64,000 nt of DNA, taken from positions 63,674,001 to 63,738,000 of the forward strand of contig OZ024741.1 in NCBI GenBank assembly GCA_964016885.1, written 5' to 3'. The stretch comes from Eledone cirrhosa (lineage: Eukaryota). Made by a program: the position numbers and the translations under genes. This document shows, one piece after another, positions 1 to 13,376 of this stretch; within the stretch, counting starts at the first letter, position 1, and every line of letters begins with the position of its first letter. Under the pieces are notes generated by a model that saw only the letters and a list, made by a program, of their open reading frames with translations, was not told the DNA's origin and did no database searches.

Positions 1-100
1 GTTTCAAATTGGCAATTTTATCAAAAATTTTGCAAGGTTCCTTCTTTAAAAGTTTATATTACTAAACGCTAATTTTACTAATACGTAACATGTAATATAA

Positions 101-223
101 ATAATTGTTTCTACTTTTGGCACAAGGCCAGCAATTAACCAGTGCATTACTGGTACTTTATTTTATCGACCCCGTAAGGATGAAAGGCAAAGTTAGCCTC
201 GGCGGGATTTGAATATGTAATTC
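101..223 (-). mobile_element. 5'-truncated tRNA-derived SINE (Deu/Nin-domain core) with 19-bp target-site duplication
   Basis: Minus strand reads TTCAAATCCCGCCGAGG..CTTTGCCTTTCATCCTTACGGGGTCGATAAAATAAAGTACCAG..GGCCTTGTGCCAAAAGTAGAAACAATTATT; AACATGTAATATAAATAAT occurs at 87-105 and 224-242. Confidence 0.85.
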
Positions 224-798
224 AACATGTAATATAAATAATGTTATCTCTTAATATTGGAAAAGCAAACATTACAAATTCCGTTAATTCTTTTACAAAT
301 TACCACGTCTGCCATATCTCTTTATTTTAAGTACACATATAATTTGGCATTATACCATTTTCTATTTATTTGTACCAGTTATTTTTCACCGACATTTTGT
401 AACCTATTTGCCACGCTAGTGCAAATGGATATTTTCTCTTTCTAACAATATATAGTAGGTGTTATATCAACTAATACTAAATAGAAATAGTGATTAGTGT
501 ATATGTTCTGGTGTTGGTATATACCTAATATCATTTTATGTCGAAAATCGTAGCATTCATAGTCCTAGAGTTATTGTGCAGATACTAATTGTTTCGAGAT
601 TTCATCACTATTCAGTGTTTAATTATCAAATTTATTATATTTTGCGGTTTCTTTAATTATCTTCATGATTATATGTTTCATTGGTCAAAGTTACAAGGGA
701 AACTCTGTGCAACTTGGACTGAGTAAATCCATAATGTATTTTTGTTCAGTACTCAGGTTTATTGATTTTCTCATTGATACATACATGCATACACTTAC

Positions 799-1226
<428 letters not shown>

Positions 1227-1839
1227 GTGGGAAAGTAAGAAATCGGAGAATAGACTGTTAAAACATGTTTATTTAAAACACCACCTACGTACGTTTCGCC
1301 CAGTTGGGCTTCTCAAGGGCATAAGTAATTAAAAGTGTTCCTTACATTGCTCGGAAAGAGTTTTTGGGCTTAAATCCACGTCAAGGTTCATTGCTCGCAA
1401 AAATAGCCGGTTTTGATTTTGCAGCAGGTCAAGGGAGGTAACTCTGGCTGGTGTTAGGGCAGTCTTTCCCGGACAAATTTTTTTATCCGCTACAAGATGA
1501 GGTTACAACCTTACCATTGTCGATACGCATGTAATCAACGCTTATTTTGAGAGTTTTTTTTCCGCATCTGTTTGTCTGAGTCGTTTGAGGCTGGGTCTGG
1601 TATGCAAGAATAGCTTCCTGGGTGTTATTTTGCAGCGCCTGCTCGGCGGGTGTTAAGACTTGTTGATCCTTAACCATCTGAAGAAGGATATTTTTAAGCG
1701 ATGTGTACAACTTATCGCTGTTTCAGCTCTGCTGTTGATGAGCTCGTGGGGTGCAGTTATGATGTGGTAGAGCTCCATGAGGCAAAGATCGCATTTCCTC
1801 TTGAAGTTGTACGGTGCAGCCCTGCCGACAATATCCCAG

Positions 1840-2423
1840 ATAGGGTTATATATAGATGCACTGTAACTAGCCACAATAGCGTTAAACATTTTATAGGGGC
1901 TACCTCCGGCCCGTTCAAAATCAGGTTTCGAACACATCTCCACTCTTTCACAAATAAAAAACTAAGACACTCCACTTCGCTCGCGGATTACATCACATCA
2001 CTAAGGGACTTAAACATCAGCTTTTCCACGCACTGGGATATTGTCGGCAGGGCTGCACCGTACAACTTCAAGAGGAAATGCGATCTTTGCCTCATGGAGC
2101 TCTACCACATCATAACTGCACCCCACGAGCTCATCAACAGCAGAGCTGAAACAGCGATAAGTTGAACACATCGCTTTAAAATATCCTTCTTCAGATGGTT
2201 AAGGATCAGGAGTGAAACCGTGCACCGGATCTCCCTGCAACAAGTCTTAACACCCGGCGGGCAGGCGCTGCAAAATAACACCCAGGAAGCTATCCTTGCA
2301 TACCAGACCCAGCCTGAAACGACTCAGACAAACAGATGCGGAATAAAAAAAACTCTCAAAATAAGCGTTGATTACATGCGTATCGACAATGGTAAGGTTG
2401 TAACCTCATCTCGTAGCGGATAA
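1840..2423 (+). pseudogene. PLE GIY-YIG endonuclease C-terminal fragment
   Basis: VIYRC..HFIGATSGPFKIRFRTHLHSF..STSLADYI..WDIV..CDLCLME..LINSRAE..(C/stop)TH; in-frame TGA at 2163-2165, same frame continues to 2423. Confidence 0.88.
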
Positions 2424-2585
2424 AAAAATTTGTCCGGGAAAGACTGCTCTAACACCGGCCAGAGTTACCTCCCTTGACCTGCTGCAAAATCGAAACAAGC
2501 TATTTTTGCGAGCAATGAACCTTGACGTGGATTTAAGCCCCAAAACTCTTTCCGGGCAATGTAAGGAACACTTTTGATTATTTAT

Positions 2586-2623
2586 GCCCTTGAGAAGCCC
2601 AACTGGGCGAAACGTACGTAGGT
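2586..2623 (+). ncRNA. Minimal type-I hammerhead ribozyme, U3-A8 core variant (inverted copy 1283-1320, minus strand)
   Basis: cc-TTGAGAA-GCCC(aact)GGGC-GAAA-cgtacg-TA^gg; helix I is weak. Confidence 0.7.
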
Positions 2624-2840
2624 GGTGTTTTAAATAAACATGTCTTAACAGTCTATTCTCCGATTTCTTACTTTCCCACGTGCTTGCGCTCTGCTAACTC
2701 TCTAGCTCACTAAATATTAACATTTCGAATATTTAATACTGCCGGCACTAGTATCGAGCACCTTTGGCATACGCTACTTGGCAAATAACTATATGTATCA
2801 CCTATCCTCCCCTGTTTTTCTCTCTCTCGATACGTAAATA

Positions 2841-3176
<336 letters not shown>

Positions 3177-3493
3177 GTGTGGCTATGTGTATGTATGTGT
3201 TTGCGTTTGTGTGATTGTGTGCTAGTATGTTTCGTTATTAAATACCAGTTTTCATTTATCTCGCATTATGTAAACTTATTTACCCTAGTAAGTGTTTGTT
3301 TACGTTTTTCATATGAATATATTTCATTTGGAGGGCTGGGAATTAGAGGAATCGTTAGACCGTTGTATAAAATGGCTTGCTGTATATAGCCAGGGTTTCT
3401 GGTCCAATCCTGCCAAGTTTATCTCAGCCTCTTACCATTATGGATTCAATATCAAAAGTACCAGTCTGGAAACGATTCTATTTCTTATCCCCT

Positions 3494-3533
<40 letters not shown>

Positions 3534-3913
3534 TCTCTCTCTCTCTCCCTCTCTCTCTCTCTCTCTATTCCCCTCAATCCGCAGTGGTCAGACGTAGATA
3601 TGAATAGGTTCCTCAGGGTTTAGATACAAAAGACACGTTGTATGTAAAACAAATGTCCTTAGCACTTCATTATGGTCAGTTGAGGCAAAACTCAATAAAA
3701 TTACCTCTTTGAGTATTTTGAGATGCTTTATAAGTCAGAATCGGTCGTTCACAACATATATTTTCTGCCCAGCTCAATGAATCCTGCAAGTCTACATTTC
3801 CACCTGCATGTTATCTTCGATCACTACTTGATTTCTATGTATTGATCCTTAACTTATAATGGTGAGGTAATCTCTGGCACTTTAAACGTGCCGGGAGGAC
3901 TCAACATTCTCCG

Positions 3914-4020
<107 letters not shown>

Positions 4021-4399
4021 TGTGTGTGTGTATATGTGATAAAGCGGAAGTGACAAAAAGACATAAAAGAAAGAATCCCAGTATTAAACCGGTAGTTTAT
4101 CAACCAACTTCGAAAGGATATGAGGCAAACTTAACATCAGGGATATGCGGTATTTGTTCTGCCTCTTTACATTGAGATGAAGTCCAACCAACGGCAATTT
4201 TGTCTTTAGTCCATCCGGAATCGCCCCAATGAAGTACCAGTAAAGTACTGTAGTTGATTTAAACAACTTTGCTTTTCTCCCGAATCTGTTGGCCTAAATT
4301 AGAAATCAAATTATATATAAGAATATGTTGTAGTTTCCTTGAACCATTGTGTTGGTGTATAACGGAGTATGCTACGACAATACACAATGGACGGTAGAT

Positions 4400-5145
4400 T
4401 TTGGAATAAATTGAAGGTAACGAAAATGTTAGTGTGCCTATTATTTCCTTTATCCGCCCTAATATTTCGGGTCTAATAACCCTTTATCAGAAGGCTATAA
4501 TAAAATAAAAACTGGCTCAGAGTTCGTACTTTCCTTATTATAGATTCACCAATTTCCTCCCTTTGTTTGTAAGTGGTGGTCTATTGATTGCCGCTAAGAG
4601 GATGACGTCGTCAATGGACTGAAATGTATATACTGTCGTGTAGGGACTATGCGCGTGTTCCTTGTCAAATACTGTGTGCTTTTGTTTGTTTTTATGTTAA
4701 CTGTTTGCGATGCAAACGCTGTGGCGAGTTGCAATAGTTTGGATAATTTAGCTATTCTGGAGTGGCTTATGTTTGGGCTGTGTGTGCGTGCGTGTTTATG
4801 TCAAATGTTGTGTCTAGTTGTAATTGTCTGTTTGAGTTGGTTATTATACGTGTACGAAAAGTTACATGTGTGCACTTTTACGTTATGTATGGCGTGCCGA
4901 GTTCTAATCTGTCTGTGGTTTAAGCTTAGCTGCTAGTATTCCTTCTTCAATATTAATTATTATGTTGTTCTTGTTGTTTCTGCCACTTGTTTAAGTATTT
5001 CCGAGGAGTGATGCGTGTGTATTAAGATAATGTGGATATGAAGAAGTCTAACGGTACTACCGATGTAAAAATCTATGCATTGAATGCGGTATACAATGTA
5101 TGCTCGATGACATATACCTGTGTCAATAATGAGACCGTTTGCCAA
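4400..5145 (-). mobile_element. Degenerate PLE 3' remnant (GIY-YIG fragment plus pLTR with decayed HHR)
   Basis: ORF 4960-5145 has IVYRIQC..FYIGSTVRLL; minus-strand CTGATAA-aGGGT(tattag)ACCC-GAAA-tat-TA^gggc at 4456-4495. Confidence 0.6.
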
Positions 5146-5227
5146 TGTGCTTTGTTTGTTGTTGTCCCTGGGTCCCTTTTTCGGTAGGGATCCTCACAGG
5201 GAAGGGCCAGAGTGGGTTAACATTTCA

Positions 5228-5372
5228 TTAACGCGGTGAATTAGCAAAGAGCATCGAACAGAATATTTTGAGGCAGTCGTTCAGGCTCTTTGTTTTCTAA
5301 GTTGAAATCCCAACTTAGTCAACTTTGCCTTTCATCATTTCAAAGTTGAAAATAAAGTACCACTCCCGCACG
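5228..5372 (+). mobile_element. Diverged Deu/Nin-core SINE
   Basis: GTTGAAATCCC..GTCAACTTTGCCTTTCATC..AAAATAAAGTACCA. Confidence 0.6.
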
Positions 5373-5910
5373 GAGATGGATTCTTCTTCCTCTATATCTT
5401 TTTCTCACACTCTTCTCTGTCACTCTCAGTTCTTCATTTGAAGGAATCGGTTGTGTTAAGACCTAGAGAGGGAATAGGTTACGCCAGGTTCTAAATGCCA
5501 CTACAGCACCTCTACGACTGCACCATGACTTACGGGTCCGTGATATAAACATGAAACCTTTCATTAATTTATTTTAAAGATCATTAGTAATTCTTTCAAT
5601 TTATTTATTTATGTTTGTGGCAAATGAGGCTAAACATTCGGAAATTTTGTAGTACATGATAGATTTTATATATGATTGTGTCAATGCGTGAGTTTATGTC
5701 TGTTTGTATTTGTGTTTGTGTTTGTATGTGTGAATGCTTGTGTTTGTGTATTTCTGTATGTGCGTGTTTGTCTGTGTGTGTATATTTGTGTATGCGTTTA
5801 TGTGTTTGTGTTTGTGTATGTGAGTGTATCTACAAGTACATTTGTGCATAGGCGTATGTGTGAGAGAGAGAGAAAGAGAGAGAGAGAGGTGGGGAGAAAG
5901 AAAGAGGGGG

Positions 5911-5953
<43 letters not shown>

Positions 5954-6189
5954 GATAGAGAGAGAGGGTAGGCATTTTTATATCCTTTATTTTCTAAGAT
6001 GCACTGCCTGAATAAGATCAGCTGTATTCAAAGAATTGTTGTACTGGTGATTGTCATGGTAACTTTCTTCCAGTGAACCGAGGAATAGAGATAAAGAAGA
6101 GGAGAGAGAGAGAGATGGGAAGAGATAGGAGAAGGCGAGAGAGAAAGAGAGATGAAAAGATATGAGGAGATAGAGAAATTAACGAAAGT

Positions 6190-6212
6190 AATAATGATTA
6201 TGACAATAATAG

Positions 6213-6261
<49 letters not shown>

Positions 6262-6505
6262 AGAGGAGAAAGTGGTGATAATGATGGTAAGGGGTGAAGA
6301 CGACGGTAATGAAGTTGATAATGATGATGGTGATGATTATAGAGGTAATGTTTATAGTGTTGTTGATGATGATACTGGTGGTGGTGGTGGTGGTGGTGGT
6401 GGTGGTGGTTATAGAAATGACGGTTATAGTGATGATGGTGGTGATTATAATGATGATGATTGTTATTATAATGGTGATGATTATAATGATGATGGTGATT
6501 ATTAT
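6190..6505. repeat. (GAT)n/(GGT)n low-complexity tract
   Basis: Direct inspection; source of the poly-M/poly-G ORFs. Confidence 0.9.
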
Positions 6506-6508
6506 AGA

Positions 6509-7805
6509 AGGATACAAGTATTTGGGTGTTCTGGAGGCTGATGACATCAAGAACAAAAAAAAATGAAGGAATTGATAAGATCTGAATACATTCGTATTAA
6601 AGTCACATCTGAACAGTAGGAATGCCATAAGTGCAGTAAATTCCCGAGCTGTGTCTATTATTAGGTACAGTGCGGGAATTCTGAGATGGAATGTTGCTGA
6701 ACAAAAAGAAATGGATAGGAAGACTAGGAAGCTATTGACTATCTACAACATGTTCCACAAGAGGAGTGATGTCGATAGACTCTACTTAAGGAGATCTGAA
6801 GGTGGAAGAGGTCTTATCAGCATAGAGGACTGTGTTCAGATGGAGAAAAGCAACCTACACATATACGTGACTGATAGTAAGGAGCCAATGCTCAGAATTG
6901 TACTGAAGGAGAGGACAATAGACCAGGCGATGTCCAAGGAGGAAATAACAACAAGGAGAAAGAGCAGCCTTCATGAAAAATCCCTTCATAGTACCTTCTT
7001 TGAGAAAACTGAATTCAGATATCCACAGACATGGAACTGGTTGAAAAGAGGAGACCTTAAAAAGGCTACAGAAGGAATGTTAATGGCTGCGCAAGAGAAG
7101 GCCCCCAAAACGAAATGGTTGAAACACCATATTTACAAGGAGGAGGCTAGCCCACTGTGCAGGATCTGTGGAGAGAGAGAGGAGACTGTGGCTCACATTG
7201 TATCCGAGTGTAAACACCTAGCCCAGACTCACTATAAGGGCTGGAGACATGATGTGATGGGCAGGGTGATCCACTGGCACCTATGCAAAGTAAACAATTT
7301 ACCACATTCTGAGAAGTAGTATGAGCATAAGCCAGAGTCGGTGATAGAAAACGATCAGGTGAAGGTGCTGTGGGATTTTAGGATACAGACGGACAAGAAA
7401 CTGGAACACAATGACGTGACCTGGTGGTTTTGGACAAGGAAAAAAGATCGTGCCTGATTGTGGATGTGGCCTGCCCATTCGACACGAGAGTGCAAAAGAA
7501 GGAGAGGGAGAAAATTAACCGATACCAGGACTTAAAGTGGGAGGTAAAAAGGATTTGGAACTGCCATGAAGTCAAAGTGGTCCCGATTGTCATAGGCGCA
7601 CTAGGTACTATCTCAAAAAGTTTCCAGGGATGATTAAAGAAAATTGGCCCCGCCACGCTTTTTGGAACGCTTCAAAAGGCATGCTTGCTGGGAACAGCAA
7701 GAACCCTCCGATACGTCCTGAATATCTGAGGCTGCAGGTAGTGGCTTGATATTCATTTCACAAACTTTCCAGTTAACTAACATCAATGACTGAGACTCAA
7801 AGAAC
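6509..7805 (+). mobile_element. 5'-truncated R4/Dong-type non-LTR retrotransposon (subfamily A) ending in (AAT)n
   Basis: YKYLG thumb, GGRGL, CRICG..ETVAHIVSEC, RHD and restriction-like endonuclease region; near-identical to 16689-17985; followed by (AAT)n 7805-7876. Confidence 0.92.
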
Positions 7806-7878
<73 letters not shown>

Positions 7879-8129
7879 TTTTCTTTATTAACCACAAGGG
7901 TTTACATAAAGTAGACATTAACGACAGTACAGGACAATACAGGACAGTACAAATGGGCATTTCTGCGTGTAAAAAAAACAGAGGATGCAATAAAATAACA
8001 AAGAAAAATTCCCCAATAGGAGGGAGACTTCCGAGGGACATTTGTGGAGAAAGCCCATTAAAAGACCACAGTGACCCTGACCACCAGTGCAAGTGCCCTC
8101 TCCCAGTTTTCCACCTTTACTTTACAGAC

Positions 8130-11100
8130 ACATACTCAGAGAAGGCCCATTCATTCGGGCCATACTTGCTTCTCTCACCCATCTTTCAACAAAATGCTGG
8201 GAAGAGAGCACTTCCCTCCCTACCCTCATTTTCCTTTTCAAATGAAATTTGAAAAGGTTAATCAGGGCATCACCGAAGAGGTAAGTGCTCGTCTTCAGCC
8301 CTTTCAAACGTGTCCACCATACTATCTATTTCGTCATGGCCACCAGACAGATAAGAACTGCCTGCCCTTCCCGGCTAAATGAAGAGGGCGGGGCAATCCT
8401 CACGATGGACTCAGCTGATAGCTGGATCCGTCCTACACGTGACAGCAGGTGTTCGACATAAACCCACAAGTCAGCAATGCTCGGACACTGGACGAGTGCG
8501 TGCAGGACAGTTTCGTCGCCCTGTGCGCATCTCGGTAATTCCCGGCTGACGGCACCTACATGCCTGTAGAGTTTATCCGAAACTGGCAAAGCTCCCAAGT
8601 AGCACTGCCAGGTCAGGGATTTCTGGAAGTTGTCCATAGGCCCCGGCCCGAAAGTCCTTCCGAAGAGATTGGCTAGTTGATTTTCGTCGACGCCTAGAGT
8701 TTCTCCAAGTACGTCGTCGCTCTTCCCCTCCACTAATCCTCTATAGAACGCCAAGGTGGAGTTTCCACCGATCACATTGCCCGATTGGTCGAGGGCTGTG
8801 AGCGCCTGAAGACATTCCAGTCTTCAAGCGCTCCCTCTCGGTCTTCGCTTGACCCAGGACTGCAGCTCCGTCAAGCAGACGAGCTGGGGAAAGACGTGTC
8901 TAGCAAAGGGCACCACACCTGATCACCGTCGAGGAAGAGGTGGAGATGTCGTAGCCTGAGCGCGTGTCTGCGCATCATCAGCCACGGCATGCCCAGCCCT
9001 CCACGTAGCGGGTGTTGACAGCAGATGGACCCCCTGACCATCGGAGCGCGTCCCTTCCACAAAAAGCGAAAGACCAAACGCTCCAGCGCAGTCAGGCGGG
9101 GCTTAGGGCAAGGTACGACGGTCAGGCGGTAGTAGTTGACGGACGCGATGTACGCGTTAGCCACCTCCGCTCGACCTTTCAGGGATAGCTTCCTCTCGGC
9201 CCATTTCTGGGTGAGAGAAGCCACCCTGCTCGTCACCTCGTCCCAGTTTTTGTCCGTCTGGAGGTCTGGACCGAACCAGACCCCTAGCAATTTAACCGAT
9301 CCGTCCGTCCAGCGCCCGACGACGCTGTTGGACGGCATGGACCTGCCTCTCCAGGTGCCGAGCTGCAGGCCCACTGACTTTTCCTGGTTGATCATTGCTC
9401 CTGTCACCGCTTCGTATTCTCTTAGTGTAGTGCCGATCGCCTCGATGTGTTTGGCGTTCGACACCACTACGGTGACATCGTCCGCATATGCTGACACGGA
9501 TCTTCCGCATCATAGTTCGCGCGGGACCCCCCTCTACGTCTCCAGTTTGTGCAGTAATGGCTCGAGAGTCAATACGTACAAGAGGGACGAGAGGGGACAT
9601 CCTTGGCGCACCGAGCGCATGATGTTGAACGGTTCCGAAAGGTGACCGTTCACTCTCACTACAGAGCAGATGTCGCTGTGTATGGCAGCGATCCAGCCTC
9701 TGAAGACGGGCCCAAAGCCAGCCGCCTTCAGGACTGCCGCTAGGTAACGATGGTCGACCCTATCGAAAGCTTTCGACTGATCTAAATTGATCAAAGACCC
9801 ACCTGTGCCAGGTTCCCTAGCTACCCTCTCTACGATGTATCGCATGAGGTGGAGATTGTCGTGGATGGATCTGTCGGGAATGGCGCATGTCTGCGCCTCT
9901 CCCAGCCGGCCACCAACGACAAGCACCAACCTCTTTGCTAGCACCTTGGCCAAAATCTTGAACTCTGTGTTTAGCAGAGTTATGGGCCTAAAATGATCTA
10001 TGTTATCCCCCTTGTTCGGATCCTTTCTCAGCAGCCCCACAGCTCCTCGGCTCACAGAGCTGGGAATTCTCCCGTTCTGTTGCCAGTTGCAGTAGATGTC
10101 CGCCAAGAGGCCTCCGAACAAGTCTGGCATCTGTACATAAAGTTCATAGGGCAGACCATCCAAACCAGGCGATTTACCCCTTGTGCAGCCAGTCATTGCC
10201 TCCCGTACTTCAGCGGCTGTTATCGGCTTTTCGCAACACTCCGCCTCAGTGGCCGAGAGCCGCGGCAGTCCGTCGAGGTAGACACTAAAGTCCATCCCTC
10301 GATCCGACCCGCCGCTGCCCCCGAACAGCTGAGCGAAGTGTCGCTGAAAAGCGTCACACATTTGCCCGGGATCGAGTAGCATGCGCCCGTCGTGTTCCAC
10401 CAAAGACCGGATCGTGGCTTTGTTGCCACGACGCGCCTCCGCCACTCAGGCCCATTGAACGGCTTTCGTCCCCTCGTGTCTGAGAGCACGCACCCTAGCT
10501 CTGACAACGCAGCCTTCGTGCTTTGCATTGAAGAATTGGTCAAGGGCCAATTTCGCCGCAAGTACGTCGGTCGCGACTGCTCTATTTTTGTCTATTCCTA
10601 AAGCCTTACTAAACCTAATGGACTCTATTCTATTTGCTCTTTTCAGAGCAAACCACCACTTGTTGTTGACGATAGCCCCCGTCAACGCCCGCTTAACTAG
10701 TTCGCTAATCCGGTCTCTATAGGCCTTGCGCGCTGGTAAGGACGCGTTTAGCTTCCAGTAGCCGGGTCCTCGTCTATGAAGCCTATCTAAGTCAAGCACA
10801 CAGATCACGAATTTGTGGTCCGTGTAGCTGAATATCTTGAATTGTGGACAGCCTATGCTAGACCTATCTATTTCTCTACAAAATACTCTATCTAGATATG
10901 ATCTGGATGACCCTATGCGATTTGTCCAAGTCCACATTGGCACATTCGGGAAATCCAATCGGTACCTGTCAGACAGTTCAAAACGCCTGAGTAGGTTGGT
11001 GAGGCTCTTGCACCCTCCACCCCTATCCGCTAATCCCACACAGTCCCAGCGTGCATCTAAGATTCCGTTCCAGTCGCCCACTAACACTAAAGAGCGGGAC

Positions 11101-11497
11101 GTTCCAAGAAAGGTCTCCAGACGCCGGAAGAAATCAGGCCGCCCTGCTCCTGTCGGGGCATAGACGGCCACTAGCCTGAAAGCTTGCCCGTCTCCGCTGG
11201 TCCCGTCTAGCACCACCAACTTACCTTCTGGGTCCAGGAAGATGGCCCGTATGGCGAGATCCAAACCTCTCTCCGAAAAAGCACAGCTACTCCTCCCCCC
11301 GATCCCGGACGGCTGGGAGATGCGTACACATCGTAGCCGCCGAAGATCGGTGCGAAGGCCCGTGCTTCGGAGATTCTGGTCTCGCTGATGGCCACTACAT
11401 CTATGTTTAGTGACCTGAGGTCGTTGAGCAGGTGGCCCTGCTTCCATGACGACCCCAAGCCACGCGCATTTATGCTGCCTATTCTGAGAATGGTCAT
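8130..11497 (-). pseudogene. Tx1/L1 ORF2 (APE endonuclease-RT-zinc finger), frameshifted with stops
   Basis: SINARGL, VAVYAP, GDWN, SYLDRVF, TDH, KSPGLDG, FRPITLLN, LDQSKAFDRVDH, RQGCPLS, YADD, GGLG, RC..ETVLHALVQC. Confidence 0.93.
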
Positions 11498-11531
11498 GTT
11501 GAAATGGAGTGGAAAAGATGGGAAAGACCAC

Positions 11532-13376
11532 CTACCTTACTTCTCGTAGAGGAAGGATGGTTTGGCCATCCTTTTCACTGCTTGTGGCCTCCTCCGGAAG
11601 GATGTCCTTATAAATCCTCCTGGAGAGTGTTTGTCGGAAATCTCCGATGTCTTTGGGGAATTTTTGTTTTAGTGTCGTGTACGTTTTCTGAGTGATGCGA
11701 GTGATTTGTATGTGTGGACGTGGTGTGAACTTTTGGGTTGTTGTGTAGTCTTTTTCTGTGATGCTGGTGTTGTGTTGGATGTAGTGTAATAATTGGTTGT
11801 TGTTCAAATTTAATGCTGTGTAGTGTGTATCGTTTTGGTTGTTTTGTTTTGTTTGTGTTTGTTGTGTGTTTGTTTCTGTTACGCTTTTTGGTGACTTTTG
11901 TGGTGTTGGTGATGGTGGTGTTGGGGTTAATGATGGTGATGGTGTGGGTGTTTGTGGTGATGGATTTGGTGATGCTGGTGTGGATGGTGGCATATCTGTC
12001 CTAACTTTTTTGTTTGTTAATTTATTTGTTTCCCTCTGTATTTTGTTTTTGGAGGGGGAAGGAAGAGAATTTTTTTCTTTTTTGGTTTCTTTTTTTTTTT
12101 TTTCCTGATACCGTTTCCCACTCCTCGTCGTCACAATCTGTCTCCAGTTGCCATTAGCCGGGGAGTGGAAAATCCTCCACAGGCGTTGGTTTTGGTTGTG
12201 GCGTGGTGGATGGCGTAGGCGCTGGTGCTAGTTCTGGAGCGTTGGGTGGTGGTGGTGGTGGTTTTGCTACTGTTGCTGGGGTTGTTGCTGTTACAGTTGC
12301 TTCTGTTGTTGCTGCCATTTCTGCTGCTGGTGGTGTTGATGGTTGAGTCACTGGGATGGGTAAGAGAGGTGGCCTCAACCTTTAAGCCTGAGGGCAGAAA
12401 TCCCTTAGGTGGGTTATTCCACCACAAACGACACACCTAGGACTTCTGCCCTCGACGATTACGGTGAGGTGGCTGCCGTCAGTGAGGTCTATTACCTTTG
12501 GGATCTCCTCAATGCTTTTATGGTCCGCTTGGTTCAGGAGCTCCATCCCAGATCCGGATCAGTTCTCCTGCTTTTCTTTTGCTATTTCTATTATTTTGGT
12601 GTTGGCCTTGATGCCTTGGGACGATTGTGAAGTCGTCACTTCTTAATGGGGCCATGGAGTGTTCTCTGGCCTCCTGTGGTGTTTCAAAGAACACGTCCAC
12701 AGTTCCATACTTCTGCCCACGTCTGATGTGCTTTTTTTTTGCCCACACATGTCCCAAAGCTTTTGGGATTTGGGACTCGGATGCCCGTTCCACTCGGCGG
12801 AATTTTTTGTTAATTGTCCGATAGGACACGGTGCATAGGCGACGTTGCTCCATTTTATTAGGTGGGTGGGGGGTGGGGGTGACCCTGTACCCATCTTTCT
12901 TTACCATTCCTTTGGCTTCTTCTAATTCCTCCTGAGTTACCTGGATCGCTTCGCACGTTTTTGCTACTCTGGCAAAACTCAGGGTAGTTTTCTTAATTTC
13001 ATTGTTGCTGTTGTTGTTATCGTTATTTTTGCTATTGTTAATTTTAGTTTCAGTTGTGGTGGTGGTGGCGTCAGTGGTGTTCGGTGTGGAAGAGTTCATT
13101 TTGGTTGAATTCATTTCGATATGACGAGTTAATTTTTTTTGTTTCTGTTGTCGCTGTGGTGGTGGTGAGGGTGGTGGTTGTCGCGGTGGTGGTGGTGGTG
13201 GCACCTTTAACACCTGCAGTCATTGGTAATGGCGGGAAATAAACGTCTGCCTGAGACAAATTTAAATTATCGGTACTGCTTACATTTCCAGTGTTGGCAA
13301 ACGTAGCAATATTTACAAGGGTGGTGTCGGTGTGAGGTGTTAGAGTGTGAGGAAGGCGTGACTCTGAGATATCCAT
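11532..13376 (-). pseudogene. Tx1/L1 ORF1 (gag-like) with CCHC knuckle, frameshifted
   Basis: SFARVA motif; minus strand ~12388-12440 translates SPRCVVCGGITHLRDFCP (CX2CX4HX4C); Pro/Thr-rich linkers; lies immediately upstream of ORF2. Confidence 0.8.

Noticed and set aside
455-530. miRNA-like hairpin (TAGGT..TATCAAC / GTTGGTA..ACCTA)
   Set aside because: Pairing is short with a large irregular loop; plausible by chance in AT-rich DNA.
6152-6628. Poly-Met/Asp/Gly/His ORFs
   Set aside because: Trinucleotide low-complexity DNA that runs into a LINE fragment.
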